DNA of 64,000 nt from Octopus vulgaris. Lineage: Eukaryota. The notes under the pieces are model-generated. The model was not told where the DNA came from and searched no databases. It saw nothing but the letters and a program-made list of their open reading frames with translations. This document shows positions 43,758 to 58,251 of this stretch, piece after piece. The position numbers were made by a program, and so were the translations under genes. The DNA lies in NCBI GenBank assembly GCA_951406725.2, contig OX597837.1, positions 47,988,001 through 48,052,000 of the forward strand, written 5' to 3'. Position 1 is the first letter of the stretch. Each line of letters opens with the position of its first letter.

Positions 43758-44230
43758 TTTATATATATAAATGAGAGAGAGAGACGACTAACTAGATCGG
43801 CAACACACACACACACACACATGTATATCAAAATAGATAGCGAGCGAGAAAGTGTATGTGACAGAGAGGGAGGGGAGGGAAGGTAGAAGGTTTGATGCTG
43901 ACAAACATGACAACTCGCGTAGCGATGTGTGTGTGTGTGTGTGTGTGTTTGCGCGCGCACGCGATTTCCTTCAATCTTTCAGATTTCAACTGACAGATGG
44001 TTCTTCTTCAGCGCAGATCTCTTGCTTCTTTGCACATCCTTTTCAACTCCTCTCCATCGGCCTCATTTATCCGCTGGTCATTCTCTTCTTACACGATCAA
44101 TGCCACTGTTTATACGTTACCCATCTTCTCTCTCCCACTCACTCGTTCTCCATCCCCTCTGTTTTTTTCTCAGTCCACCACCGTCTACGTCTCCCTGTCA
44201 AATACATCTGTCTGTGCCTTCACGTTTGTG

Positions 44231-44301
<71 letters not shown>

Positions 44302-44427
44302 ACACACTCAGCCTCCTCCTGTAACTCTTGACAAAATACCTGCCATCCCCACGGCACCATCCCGAGTTAAACAAGTCCATTGGTCTTCTTCGGTGGTTTC
44401 CTCTCTATAAACAACAGAGAATGTTCT

Positions 44428-44757
44428 CGGCGCCGGTGTGTTTGTGTGGTTAAGAAGCTCATTTGACAACTATATGATTTCGGGTTCAGTCCCGTTGCAC
44501 GGCACCTTGGGCAAATGTGAATAGATTTTTAGACAGAAACTGTGTGGAAGCCCGTCGTATTTATTGGTGTGTGTGTGTCTTTGTATTTGTTTCCTATCTG
44601 CTTGACAATCGGTGTTGGTTTGTTTACGCCTCCGTAACTTTGTGGTTCGGCAAAAGATAACGATGAAGTAAGTGCCAGATTTGAAAAGATTACAACTCTT
44701 CAAAGCTATGCCCCAGCGTGGCCATAGTCTAATGACTGTAACAAGTGAAAGAAGAAA
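44428..44757 (+). mobile_element. SINE family B
   Basis: tttcgggttcagtcccgttgcacggcaccttgggcaa...ccccagcgtggccatagtctaatgactg. Confidence 0.75.
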
Positions 44758-45389
44758 GATATATCTTGTATGTCGCCAGAAACATCTGATAAATGTACAG
44801 AAAACAACAAAAAGCTGGCTTACGTTTAATATATGTCTGTGGCAACAACTATATTTGTACATCAAAACATGGCGTACCTTTTCCTATCAATCGCCAATCA
44901 GATTTCCATTTTATTTTTTATTTATGACTCAGAACTGATGACGATTAATGAAGAGAAACATGAGTTTAGATATTTGTTAGAGGTAGAAAATATCATATTG
45001 CTGATATCATATGCCACCAAATCCGTTTTAGACATTTCAACACATTATTATTTACTGAAATATATATATATCGCTAAATCCGATAAATTATTCACAAAAT
45101 TGCTTCATCCACTCGGTAGGATCATTAAAACATTAAAGTGACTTCGTTTTTCAGTCTGATTACGCCAACGTTTTATAAAACATCTTCCATTGCTACTGTT
45201 TTTGATAAACAACGAACTTTAAACGTAAAAGAAATAGGTTTTTTTTCTGTTCCTTTTTCTTTTTAAAATAAAATGAGTGACTGTAATTTTTGTAAAGTGC
45301 AATTAAAAAAAAACGTTTGAAAATATCTAAATTAGCAGTAAATTGATAATGAAAATTAGAAGTTTTGAAGAACAGTGGAAACATAAACT

Positions 45390-45693
45390 ACGGCCATGCT
45401 GAAGGCTTTTAGTCGAACGAGTCAACACCAGCACATATTCTATTAGTCTCTACTGAAAAACCGCTCAGTTACGAGTACGTTAGTAAATCAACACCGGTTG
45501 TCAAGCGCACGCACACACACAAACACTCTCTCTCTCATACGACGTACTTCTTTCAGTTTGCCTGTACCAAATTCACTGACGAGCTTTACTCAGCCCGAGG
45601 CTATGGTAGAAGACACCCCCGCCATCAAAGTGCCATGCTGTGGAACTGAATCCAGAACTATGTGACTGCGAAGCAAACTTTGTTACCACACAC
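45390..45693 (-). mobile_element. SINE family B, degraded
   Basis: Reverse-strand match to family B motifs. Confidence 0.6.
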
Positions 45694-45935
45694 CTTTGAA
45701 TGCAGTGTATGCCATAAGGTTTGCAAATCCAACTGAGGCCTCAAGAGACATTTTAAGGTCAACAAAGAGCAGAACTTATCTGCAGCTCCTGGTGGTCCAA
45801 ATCGGATGTGCAATCTATGTGGGTGTCTTTTCAGAACATTGTCTGGTTTAAAAAACCCCACATCAGATGCTATGATGGTTCTAAGGTGTAGGTACAGGAG
45901 GAGGTGGTCAAACTCTGTATAAGAAGTAGACAATC
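45694..45935 (+). mobile_element. RTE-type LINE 3' fragment encoding degenerate C2H2 fingers
   Basis: CSVCHKVCKSN*GLKRH...CNLCGCLFRTLSGLK with a stop; typical of the C-terminus of RTE-BovB-like ORFs. Confidence 0.5.
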
Positions 45936-46183
45936 CAGATGGGTGCGTTCAAGTGTGCGCGATGCAGCGGGATTAGCAAGACTATTTTATAGCATGAGTG
46001 TCGGATGCCTGGACAGATCTGAAAGAGTCAGCAATCGATGCAGCAACCAAAACACATCACATTTATTCTCTACCAAGACAGTTTTCTATTTTTTTTACGG
46101 AAACCTTTCCAGACAGCGAAAAATGGTTTTGACTCTGTTCTTCGCGAAATGCAAATTTCTCTTTTAACGTTTTAATGTTTAAG

Positions 46184-46235
<52 letters not shown>

Positions 46236-46597
46236 CACCAACATTCAATAATTTCCATTAAACTTTTCTGTCGAATTCTATCTGAAGAATAAAGGGGGTT
46301 TTTTCCCTTTTTTTCACAAACTCCGAAACCAAAGTCCTGAGTCCCCAACTTCTTTAGCTCCACCGCCATCGCCACCACAATTGTTATAGATAAAAGAGTA
46401 GCTGTGTTAATGCCGGTGGTGGTTGATTTATGACACTGTTGATAATCTTTAGTTATTAATAAGCAAGCAATATGATAATTAATAAATAGGTAATATGATA
46501 AATATTGATGATGATGTAAAAATAAGATTTTTCCAAATTGGTTTCGTCTTGTATCTGTTGTCGCGGCGGTATCACGACGTGTGCGTGTGTCTCTTTC

Positions 46598-46645
<48 letters not shown>

Positions 46646-47058
46646 AGCCGCTTCTTGCAGTGTGACATGCTCTACTGCAACAACACTAAATCATCGTGAT
46701 GCCGTTGCTGTCATTACTGATGATAATGTTCTTGTGTTATTGGTGATAATGTTGTCATTGTTGTTGTTCGTTTCATTCCGCCAGTATTTCTGTTCTTGTT
46801 TAACTCAGGTCAACACATTTATGAAGAAAGCCATTAAGATTGTTGGACGTGATTCGTAGAAGACACGACTGCTCTTTCTACCCGATTGGGTAACCGCTTA
46901 TAGCCCACCTCGTTGGTTCATCACTTCTTGTTATTGTTGTCGGTGGAGGAAGAGGAGGAGGAGTCGTTATCTTTGTTAGGATTGTGTTTAATGACTTGCC
47001 TAGTGTTTCAAAAAGCTAAACATAGCACTACACGCACACACACACACACATACATACA

Positions 47059-47100
<42 letters not shown>

Positions 47101-47106
<6 letters not shown>

Positions 47107-47432
47107 AGGAATGACCACTAAGTGGACATCGAATATGCTAGGCGTAGACCTCATATGGCCTAACCACTAAGAAAAAAATTGTTCTTAAGAAATTTCAGCA
47201 AACGCCAAAACATAAGCGAGCAAGACAAAAGATACAAAATATACCACTTCCATAATTACATACGTAAATGTCTGCAATTCATCAGTGTGACTGTCATAGC
47301 AAAATATAATTTGCAGAACTATACACGGGACATCCACACGAGATTGAACATGCGTATAGTTTTGCCAATTATATTTGGAGGTACATTTCAAATGTCTTCG
47401 CTTTGGATGTCCACTTGGTCATCCCTCTTATA
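47101..47432. mobile_element. MITE-like element with ~27 bp imperfect terminal inverted repeats
   Basis: taagaggaatgaccactaagtggacatc versus gatgtccacttggtcatccctctta; TA flanks. Confidence 0.5.
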
Positions 47433-47668
47433 TGTACGTAATATAATTTTTCTGAATCTTCAGATTTTTTCAATATGCTAGGCCACTGGTTTAAATTGAT
47501 ATTAATCGAATTAATGTTCAATTTTTTTACCCTGATTATATGCAGAGCTGATCAGAAGTCATCTATCAGTAACTCAAAATCGGTTTTTTGTCTAGGACTC
47601 ATCGTTTCGGAGCCTTTCCGTGACATTCACATACACACATACATTTTCATTTGTATAGTAGATATATT

Positions 47669-47728
<60 letters not shown>

Positions 47729-48149
47729 GATCTTCCAATGATCCATCAGTTAGAGGAAGCAATGAACGAGACGACCGTCTCCGTCATCCATTGACAGGCG
47801 AGGCAAAAATGCGGAACTTTCTCTGCCATGGTTCCCAAAGTTTTCTTCACCATGAACACTTACAAAAATCACATTTTCTTCCGCAAAATACCCGGTCTAT
47901 CTCCTCAGTTAACCTAAACAACAAATTTATTTTCCCAGTTTCATCTTTTAATTAAAAATCTACATAATTTAGTTATTACATCTACAACTATTCAATGAAA
48001 CACACCACACGTCCATGGATACAATGTTCGCAACAACTGATTAACGTAATTAACCTAATTACCAGAACTAGCATCCACGGGATTGGATATTTTCAAAGCA
48101 TTTCTCTTGCTAAACGTTTTCTCTTCGAATTGTTGTTGTTATTGTTCTT

Positions 48150-48214
<65 letters not shown>

Positions 48215-48652
48215 CTTCTTCATTAACTTCATTATTATTATTGTTTTTTTTTATTATCATTATTATTTTACATTCACTGTTCATATACATTATTTGGGGT
48301 GTCATCAACCCAAGGCAAAGAGTAAATGAATTTGTAGATCACAAATTATTCGTTCGAACATGCAGATAACTATATATTTCAATTAACTACTTGTAGTAAG
48401 TACGAGCGCAGCGCGCGCGTGTGTGGTCGCGCGCACACGCATATTCATGCAAATGAGTCTGCATTAACATGTAATTTGTTCATCCAAGTGAGTCTACATG
48501 TGGACATGAAGCGTACATTAGTAGGATGCGATGAGCTTGTGAACAGACCAGTGACTCTGCATACGAAGAATGTGTATAGGGCGTGTGTATGTGTAGAATG
48601 TGTCAGTTCAGCGAACACGTGTATAGATACATATATATCTATATACACAAAA

Positions 48653-48696
<44 letters not shown>

Positions 48697-48783
48697 AAAT
48701 GTGTTTATATATATATACATATGTAAACACACACGCACGCATATACATAAATACATACCCCCGCGCGCGCGTGAATATGCGTA

Positions 48784-49004
48784 CAGGGTGTGGCAGAAAG
48801 GTTTTCCTCGATTTCAAAGATTAATAAAAAAACAAACATGAAGATACAAAGAAAACAACAAACGCTGCTCTTCACTCCAGTTCCAAAACAGAAAAAAAAT
48901 GGCATTTAATGAACTTCACAGAAATACAAAGTTTTTTCATTCACCTTCGTGTGTTTGTTTTTTATTAACCTTTGAAATCGGGGCGACCTTTCTGCCGCAC
49001 CCTG
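48784..49004. mobile_element. Tc1/mariner-type MITE
   Basis: ~55 bp imperfect TIRs starting CAGGGTG, TA on both sides. Confidence 0.85.
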
Positions 49005-50212
49005 TATCCATATATGGGTGGTGGAGAAATTAGGTACCCCGACAGTTTGAAAAGGAAGAAATATGAGAGAGGGGGGGAGGTAAGAAAGTGAATTAAAATA
49101 AATTTTAAAAAAAACAGTAAAAATGGGAATAACAAAATGAAAGAGAGAAGGGGAAAAGAGTGACGGGTTCGCTCGGTTGTAAAAACCCCATCATGTTTTC
49201 GATTTGTGGATGTCGTGTGCTGAGAGTGAAACCGCAGCGTCATGGTTACAGCAGACATCGGCCAAAATGTGACATATGGCGACAGAGTGGCGTTGCTGGA
49301 GGCGACCACTGGCAAATGGAGTTGAAGGAGACTGGAGTTTGGTTCTTAATTGAGGATTTCACTCCATTACGGTAAGATCCGAGAACATTTTCAATAACGG
49401 TAGAGAATAGCGGAAATGGTAGAGGAAAGGGTGGCGATGGTGGTGGTAGTTGTTGTGTGATGAGGGTGGTGGTGGTGGTGGTGGTGGCGGTGGTGGTGAT
49501 ATTGAGTGGGGAGAGTTGTAGTGGAAACAGATGAAAGCCGTCCATTCTCTGCCGTCGCACACTGGTCGCCTCCATTTTCTGTCATCTCATTCACTCTTTG
49601 TCAAGCTCTCTCTCTCTTTCTCTCTCTCTCTCTCCCTCCCTCTATTCGTTTGTCTATCTGTCAGTACATTAATATATATATATATATATATTTGCATGTA
49701 AGTAGTGGTAGTACTAGTAGATCGAAACCAATCGTTTTACTGTTTGATCTGGAGATGTTTTAGGCGCTGGGGTGGCGGGGGTGGGGACAGTCACACAAAG
49801 AAATGCACCGATAGAGTGAGGAGAAAGAGTACGAAGGAGTACCGTGATCATAGTGTAAAACAATAGAGCAGACTCTCTCTCCCTTTCTATTCCCTCATAC
49901 TGCCTCCTCTCTCTCTCTCTCTCAATGATTCTGACATGGCTTCCAAGACGGCTTTTGTTTTAATGTTCGGACGGCGAAGGCTGATGCCAAATTTAGTCCC
50001 TGACCATCGAAGCATGAAATGGAAGTGGGCAGAACTTATTTGGCAGGATTAGAAGATTCTTCGTGTCAGTCTCGAACCCCGATACACCGGCACGCCAGCC
50101 TTCCAGCACGCCAGCAGTTCCCTGACAGGCAATGTTGATCAGTGGAGCATAACTAAAATATGCAGTTATTGACCGCTGTAAACGTTATCCATCACGCACG
50201 CAAAGGTATACA

Positions 50213-50264
<52 letters not shown>

Positions 50265-50360
50265 GGCACACATAAAGCTTTGTGTCATAATATAGCGTTC
50301 AATAACTTTCAAGCTATATATATATATATATATATGTAGCTGTAGGTGTGTATGTTTGTG

Positions 50361-50408
<48 letters not shown>

Positions 50409-51363
50409 TGCGCGCGTGTATTTATAATAATAATATGAGGGAATATTATTCCAAACTTACAGGGAAAAATTCAATTTAGAAATACTAAATCAAATTTCAC
50501 AAAATATAATTTATATATAAACTAGAAAAAAACCCATCTTTTATCAATTCAATAATGAAAAATTAAATTATACCATTTAGGAAAATTACATATTATAGAA
50601 AGATTAAATATAAGATAAAACATATAACAATGATTGAGTCACGTGCAAAAGGATCAATAAAACGTCTGTATTTGGTATATAGCAAACATATACGTTTTAT
50701 TTCATTTTTATTTATTAATGTCGTGATGAGGCCAACCACCGCTCTTTCACTACTATCATCATTATCATCATCGATCACAACCACTGCCTGCAGCAGTACC
50801 ACCACCACGATCATCATCATCATCATCTTCGCCTCCTGACCACCGTGCCACCACCACAACCACTACTACTGCTACCAACAACACCTGCACCACTTTTACC
50901 GGCAAAACACACTAACAACAACACGCCAGCCACGACCACCACTAACAACCACAACATCAAATCAACTACGATGACCACCACTACTGTTACTACCACTAAA
51001 ACCCTAACCACTACCACATCAACCATGGCCACCACTGCAAATACTTTGAACTCATGAAATGCAAGCGGCCATTGGATTTGACCGGATTATCCGTGTCCGG
51101 TGTCAGCTTCAATTTCGTACTTTAACGCGCCAACTGATCACGTGACCAATGAACCATGACAAAGAGATTCACATTTTCTTCATCTAAATCGTTTTTCTCT
51201 CAGACAGATCTGACGGATTATTTCTATTTCAGTCATAAGCTGTGTCTGTCTGTCTGTCCATCTGCGTGTCTATCTCATTGTTAATCTTCCTCCCTTCTTT
51301 TTTTAATTTCTCTCTTTCCCCCCCCCCCCCCCACCCGTTCTACCTCTTAGGTAAAGGCAAAAA

Positions 51364-51407
<44 letters not shown>

Positions 51408-51668
51408 CTATTTTCTTCGATGAAAATGTACATTTATGCAAAAGCATCATTTCTACACGAACATGTTTTGCAGTGAATTTATGTATAGATACTCACATAC
51501 ACACACACATGTATGTATATATAGATACATAGATAGATATGGAAATGTAGAGTATTCGTGTGTATGTTTGTGTTGAAAGAGAGAGACATCTTCGGGGTTC
51601 AAAAAGTGAGTTCCACAAAAAACGAATTCTCACAACCTGATTTGTAGTCAACATTTCCTTTAATTACA

Positions 51669-51701
<33 letters not shown>

Positions 51702-52380
51702 TGTATGTATGTATGTATGCATATATGGGTACAGGACGTCACCAACGGTGCAAACAACATGACATACGTAAACAACGAGAAAAAAAATGGAAAATAAGAC
51801 AATACTGTTTTCTCCCTCCATCCTTCTCTAATTTCCTTTTTTTTCCCTCCCTCCCTCACCGATTTCTATCTCTTCTCTCTCTTTCTCGTTCTCTTTTTCT
51901 CTCTCGTTCGTTGCTCATACGTGACTATCATCCATCTTTCTTTTCCTGTACGGATGTTCAAAAGAAGGGATGTATTTTTTCTCTCTCTTTCTCTTCTATC
52001 TTTTCTCTTTTCACAAAACTGTTTCTCCCAGCGTTCACCATTTTCCTCTCGTTCTGGTCTAACGACCCGCCATGTTTGTTTTCTTTCGGTCTCTTTGTAT
52101 GTTTCCAATGTCATGTTTTTGTCCCCAACTTTGACCGTCCATAAATCAAAAATTTTATTTTAAAATTTATAGGAGCAACTGTCTTTGAAGACTCATATTG
52201 TCGTTGAATGCTCGAAATGAGGAGTGGACAGACAGCCGACAACTGATGAAGGGTCCTTCCTCTCTGTGTTTACTCTTCCTGTTTTCCATTTTTTCGTCGT
52301 TGTTTACATATTTAACTCGTTTGTTTACCTATTTCATGTTATTTGCACCCTTGGTCACATCCTGTACCCATATATGCATC

Positions 52381-52442
<62 letters not shown>

Positions 52443-53120
52443 ACAAAAGAAGGGGTGTATATCTACGCAGAAAAAAATATAGGAAAATTTGTTGTTGAAA
52501 ATGCACCTAACTTTGAAAAACTTGTAGTTGTTTAAAATAAATTTATTTGCATATATATACCAAACTAGTTTCAACAATAATTGTTGTTTTGTATTAATGG
52601 TAAAAATTTAGAATTATAAATTAGAAAAACATCTCCAAAAATTTTGATGTTGACAAGTTTAAATGTTCATAACATTCAATATTAAAACTGTGCATCAATT
52701 TGTTTGAATGTACAAAGCTTATTAATGTTAGTAGTAGTGATCGACAAGAAATAAATTTCAAAGTTTCAGTCATACTGAGTTAAGAGGGGGAAAAGAGGGA
52801 GAAATGAAGATAGTAAAAAAAAGGGGGATTTGATTTACAATTCTCTGATCCTCTTTCCGTCGTGTGTAGGAACTTTCGCTTGTAAAAGTGTGTTTTGGAA
52901 TCCGGAGTATTTATTTATTTTCCGCGAGCGGATCTGATTTTTGATTCGTTAAAGTACTGGTCACCTCTTGTTTTTCCAGTGGTCATATTTGTCGTTCTGC
53001 CTGGTTGGCTTCCCTGTGGGGAATGGTCATCAGTCGTTCCGGTTGGTTGATTCTCTTAACGGGTCATTTTGTTGTATTTGCTGAAGTTCGGTTTTGATTA
53101 GTCTAGAGTTAGTTGACGTC

Positions 53121-53351
53121 GGCGGTGAGCTGGCAGAGTGGTTAGCACGCCAGGCGAAATGCTTAGCGGTATTTCGTCTGTCGCTACGTTCTGAGTTCAA
53201 ATTCCGCCGCGGTCGACTTTGACTTTCATCCTTTCGGGGTCGATAAATAATGTACCAGTTACGCACTGGGGTCGATGTAATCGACTTAATCCCTTTGTCT
53301 GTCTTTGTTTGTCCCCTCTGTGTTTAACCCCTTGTGGGCAGTAAAGAAATA
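53121..53351 (+). mobile_element. SINE family A, full length
   Basis: Closely similar to 22983-23210. Confidence 0.9.
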
Positions 53352-53419
53352 TATTACCTCTTTTACATCAGCGAGACAGACCTGAAGACTGTCTACCACT
53401 TCAACGGCTCCAGGTTATC

Positions 53420-53590
53420 AAGTAGTTTAATGCCAAGACTGACAAAAAGGTAAACCAGAGACTGACAAAATCAGACGACACATTCGACAGACTTCACAGA
53501 AAATATCCGAGGAGAGACTCCAAATGTCAGTTTTTTGCAAAGCATTGGTGACTATCATGTACGACTCTGAATTGTGGAGTACAAGTGTGG
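53420..53590 (+). mobile_element. RTE LINE fragment (region after the RT)
   Basis: DKKVNQRLTKSDDTFDRLHRK and VFCKALVTIMYDSELW resemble RTE motifs EVNNRLAKAS.AFGRL and LLYGSETW. Confidence 0.45.
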
Positions 53591-54880
53591 CCACCTGTAA
53601 TTCCTTGACCACTTCTACTTCCGCTGTTTCCACACCCTCCTCCGACAGACAAGAATCAAGGGTCATTCCGTTAATGTCGCAGCTAGGTGTGCCATACGAT
53701 GACACTTCCAGTGTCTACGGTAAAAAAAATAGGGATATCAAAGGAGCAGTACAAACTCACCCTGAAATCCCGTTCTGCCTGTCATATTGACCCTTGTTAA
53801 GGGTCTCGTCTGACCCCCTAGCGGTAAGGATTGGTGATACTCCATTCATATCCTCCTTGAAGAATGTCTTCGTTTAATGACCCCAAAACTACGGCAGTAG
53901 AATCCATGAAACAACGACGAATCCTGAATCGGATTTCCTCTGCAGCCGCCGCGGCCGAGCGAGTCTGCCTTTTTACTGCCTCGGTTGGTCACGAGTGGAA
54001 CCTGCTGCAGTCGACGTGAAGAACATCCTTCAGGAATCTTCGTTCGCGATTCAAACCATGATGATTGATTATGGTAATGGTTGCGCGCGCGCGCGTATTA
54101 CGTTAATAAGCAAAATGTGATGTCTTCGTTGCCGAAATATTAACATCACAACTGTAAGTTGACACCGCTCCCTTCCCCATCACCCCCACTCTCCTACCAC
54201 CTCCTCCTTCTCCCTGTCAACCACGGAAGGGTCCAATACGTGTCAGTCGACACTTAACAGCCGTCCCTCCTCCCATTCCCCGAGACTACAAGCGACATCC
54301 GACTCTCCATACACGACCTGAATCATGAGCCACCCGACACTTCACTTTATGGCACACACACGCTCTCTTTCTCTTTCTTTTTCCCCTTACGAGTCATGGA
54401 GAAAGCTAATTACCACGTGACAGAAATAGCAGCTAGTCTTCCTCAAAACACCATCTTGCTATTTTAATGGGTGGAGAGAGACATGTTCGTTAATGAGCGA
54501 TGGAATGGTCATGCCTGGAATGCATCTAGTCATACGTTAGCTGGATGATATATATCTATATCTATATATATGTATGTATGTATGTATGTATACATATATA
54601 TATTTGATGACATAAAAGACAGGCGTCTTGTTAGACGCCTCTCAATTTCAGCACCGCCTTTTCAGGGACCCAAAAGTGCCCTTTTGTTGGCAGGTTTCTT
54701 TTGCAATTCCCTGGTTTTGTCACAGTTCATTTCTATATTGAAGAACTTAGAAAAATAACTTTGTTCTAATTAACCTGATGTTTGGAACATTGATTAATAT
54801 GAAATTTCACACAACAAATAGCAGATATATCTATATCACGTGATTTCGAACTCTGAATCATTGCATCTTAGCTCTCGTTT

Positions 54881-55027
54881 ATACATATGGATCAAAACAC
54901 TTTGATTTTAACTCCTCGGTACTCTGAGTTTTAAGCGTGCCGTTAGTTTTCGGCCGAAGACTAGCGACACGCTTGAAACTCAGAGTACCAAGGAGTCTGA
55001 ATCAAACTGTTTTGATCCATACATGTA
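54881..55027. repeat. ~145 bp palindrome with no spacer, centred on ttcggccgaa
   Basis: Arms of ~70 bp are reverse complements with scattered mismatches. Confidence 0.9.
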
Positions 55028-55072
55028 ATTCCTAATAAATGTGTTGAGTGGCTTTCTTTCGTTTGTCTACTC

Positions 55073-55163
<91 letters not shown>

Positions 55164-55935
55164 TGTATGTATGTATGTATGTATGTATGTATGTATGTAT
55201 GTATGTATAGATAGATAGATAGATGTTGAGATAAGATCCAAGGATCAAGGTGTAGGAAGCTAGTGAGCTTTAAGCGATCCATAGAAGATGTAAAAGAACA
55301 ACTTTCAGGAACAATATTGGTTTATTGGAGCTGAAGGTGGTAAATTTTTTCCGTATCGAAGTACGATAAGGTGAAATAAGTTAATTTTATAGTTAACGGT
55401 TAGCAACAGGGGTTGTTGTATTTGCGAATAAACATGGAAAATGTAGGGAATGGATAAAATCATGTAACATATGTAGCCTGGATTTTATCTACTCCATTCC
55501 CTAAATTTGGGATACATGTATATATATATATGGAGAGAGAGAGAGAGAGAGATGGATATGTACATTCATACATAAATCGTATGTGTGTGAGTGTTCTCCT
55601 AAGCTAACTACAAGAAACATCCATTAAAGAAAGGAACCAAAAGAATCAAATTCTTATTTATCTCAAAATGTTGACTGTCAGTTCGAAATCATACCATAAT
55701 TTAAATATTCTTTGTTTGAAAAGCAGGGCCGCGGCTATGCTGACCGCTGACCTTAAAGTTTTGGTCGATTGTATCAAACCCTAGTGATTATATTTGACTC
55801 AGACATATAGTTTATCGTTATCTATTTGTCCTATTGTTAAGTCACGAGACATTCAGAGATACCAACATAAATTATATTGATTTTCAAAAACCATAAACAT
55901 GAATGCAAATACAAAGATTCAACTTACAGACATAC

Positions 55936-55986
<51 letters not shown>

Positions 55987-56047
55987 GGTATCATCTGATG
56001 GTTGATGTTTGATTGATTTAAGTATGTTTCTCCATTTTCTAATTTTG

Positions 56048-56106
<59 letters not shown>

Positions 56107-56107
56107 A

Positions 56108-56381
56108 ATTAGAGAAAAACCACTATTATGTAATTCAAACAATGATAGACATAAACCAAATCAGAAATAAAAAATATTTTAAAACATATAACTAGATCAC
56201 AAAAAGTACAAAAATGTATAATTGATATATAATAAGTAATAAGTATTACTTATATATCATTTATTCATTTTTGTACCTTTTCTAATCTAGTTATATGTTT
56301 TAAAATATATGTTATTTTTTATTTATGATTTGGTTTATGTCTATCATTGTTTGAATTACATAATAGTGGTTTTTCTCTAAT
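56108..56381. repeat. ~275 bp AT-rich palindrome
   Basis: attagagaaaaaccactattatgtaattcaaacaatgatagacataaaccaaatca recurs as its reverse complement ending at 56381. Confidence 0.9.
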
Positions 56382-56511
56382 CTATATATATTATATATTT
56401 ATATTGTGAAATTTGATTTAATACTAACTTGAATTTTTCTCTGTAAGTTTGGAGTTATACTCCCTAATATTATTATTATTTTAATTTTTATTATTATATA
56501 TATATATATTA

Positions 56512-56873
56512 TTTTACTTGTTTTAGTCATTTGACTGCAGCCATACTGGAGCACTGCCTTAACGGGTTTTCGTTGGACCACAACTTATTCTTTGTAAGCC
56601 TAGTACTTATTCTATTGAATTCTTTTGGCGAACCACTAAGTTTCGGGGATATAAAAACACCAACATCGGTTGTCAAGCGATGGCGGGGAGGGGGGGCAAA
56701 CATAGACAGACACACACACACACATATACGATGGGCTTCTTTTAGTTTCTATTACCAAATCCACTCACAAGGCTTCTACTACCCGAGGCTGTAGTAGGAG
56801 ACAGTTGCCCAAGGAACAGAACCCGGAACCACGTGTTTGAGAAACTAGCTTCTTACCAGACAGCCGTGCTTGC
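56512..56873 (-). mobile_element. SINE family B
   Basis: Head and tail homologous to other family B copies. Confidence 0.8.
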
Positions 56874-57256
56874 GTATATATACATATATATAGACAGTTG
56901 AAACACTCCTGTCACAACCTGGGACCTTGAAGACTGCTTTAATGCAAGAAAGTATACTAGTCCCTTAATATTTGATATTCAACATTTCATCTATTCAATA
57001 AGACAATCAATACTTCATTTCATTTTACACTATATATATATATATATTAATTATACTATATATTCTATATTCTACATTAATATTATAAAGATTATAAATA
57101 AAACACATAAAAAACAGAGTTGGAATTCCTTTGAATAATATATGTCCCTCTACACACAATCATACAAACCCCTTTACACACACACACACATATACCAGAA
57201 GTGAGATACATTTGACCATAAACACAAGTAATATATAAGGTTAGATGTATCTAACA

Positions 57257-57320
<64 letters not shown>

Positions 57321-57849
57321 TATGTGTGTGTGTGTGTGTGTGTGTGTGAACAACTTCCTTCTGTCCAACTTGACTCCCTATGGCCAATCTGACAATTTCG
57401 ACGCTCAGATACTGCACAATAAGTCCGAAACCAGAACCCTAAACCTGTGTCCTTAACGATATCCATCAATGTCTCATCTCTTACTGTCCAGCTGTTTCTT
57501 GTTTTCTTGTTTGTTTGTTCTTTCGTTCTTAAATATCCCTCTGTCTGATTGTGTCTGTCTTTGTCTCTCTCCCTCTCTCTCCATACCCCCTCCTTCTCTC
57601 TCTCTTGCTACTTATCTATCTATCTATCTATCTTATCTGTCTGTCTCTTGTCCCCCTCTCACACTCTCACTTTTACTCTCTTCTCATATCTCCCCCCTCT
57701 TTCTCCCACAGACTCCACCGACGTCGGTGCCAACCCCCTTCCCTTAATGGTTATCAATAATTCTTCTGGAAAGACCCAAACAATAGGAAGATCGAGCTGC
57801 AACTGTTGTCGCTTCCGTGGGGAAACTTTTCAATAGCAGACTCACAACA

Positions 57850-57884
<35 letters not shown>

Positions 57885-58195
57885 GTTTGTCAATGAAATC
57901 TAATGTTAGAATAAAGGAATAAAAGAATTAGCGATGTGAGCAGAATATAGGAATTGAAGTGGCAAAGGATTTCAAGAAAGAACAATAGGCCATTGAAGTT
58001 AAGTGGTATCGCCTGTTTGTCTGTCTGTCGGTCTGTCTCGTTGAACGCCCTTTGCGCCCCGACACTTCCTCGCTCATTTACTCATCTTTCTTATGTATGT
58101 ATCACACGCGCATGCGCGTGCACACGTGCATGTACATATATATATATATATTTATATATATATATACATAGAGAGAGTATGTTATAAAAACACCG

Positions 58196-58251
<56 letters not shown>

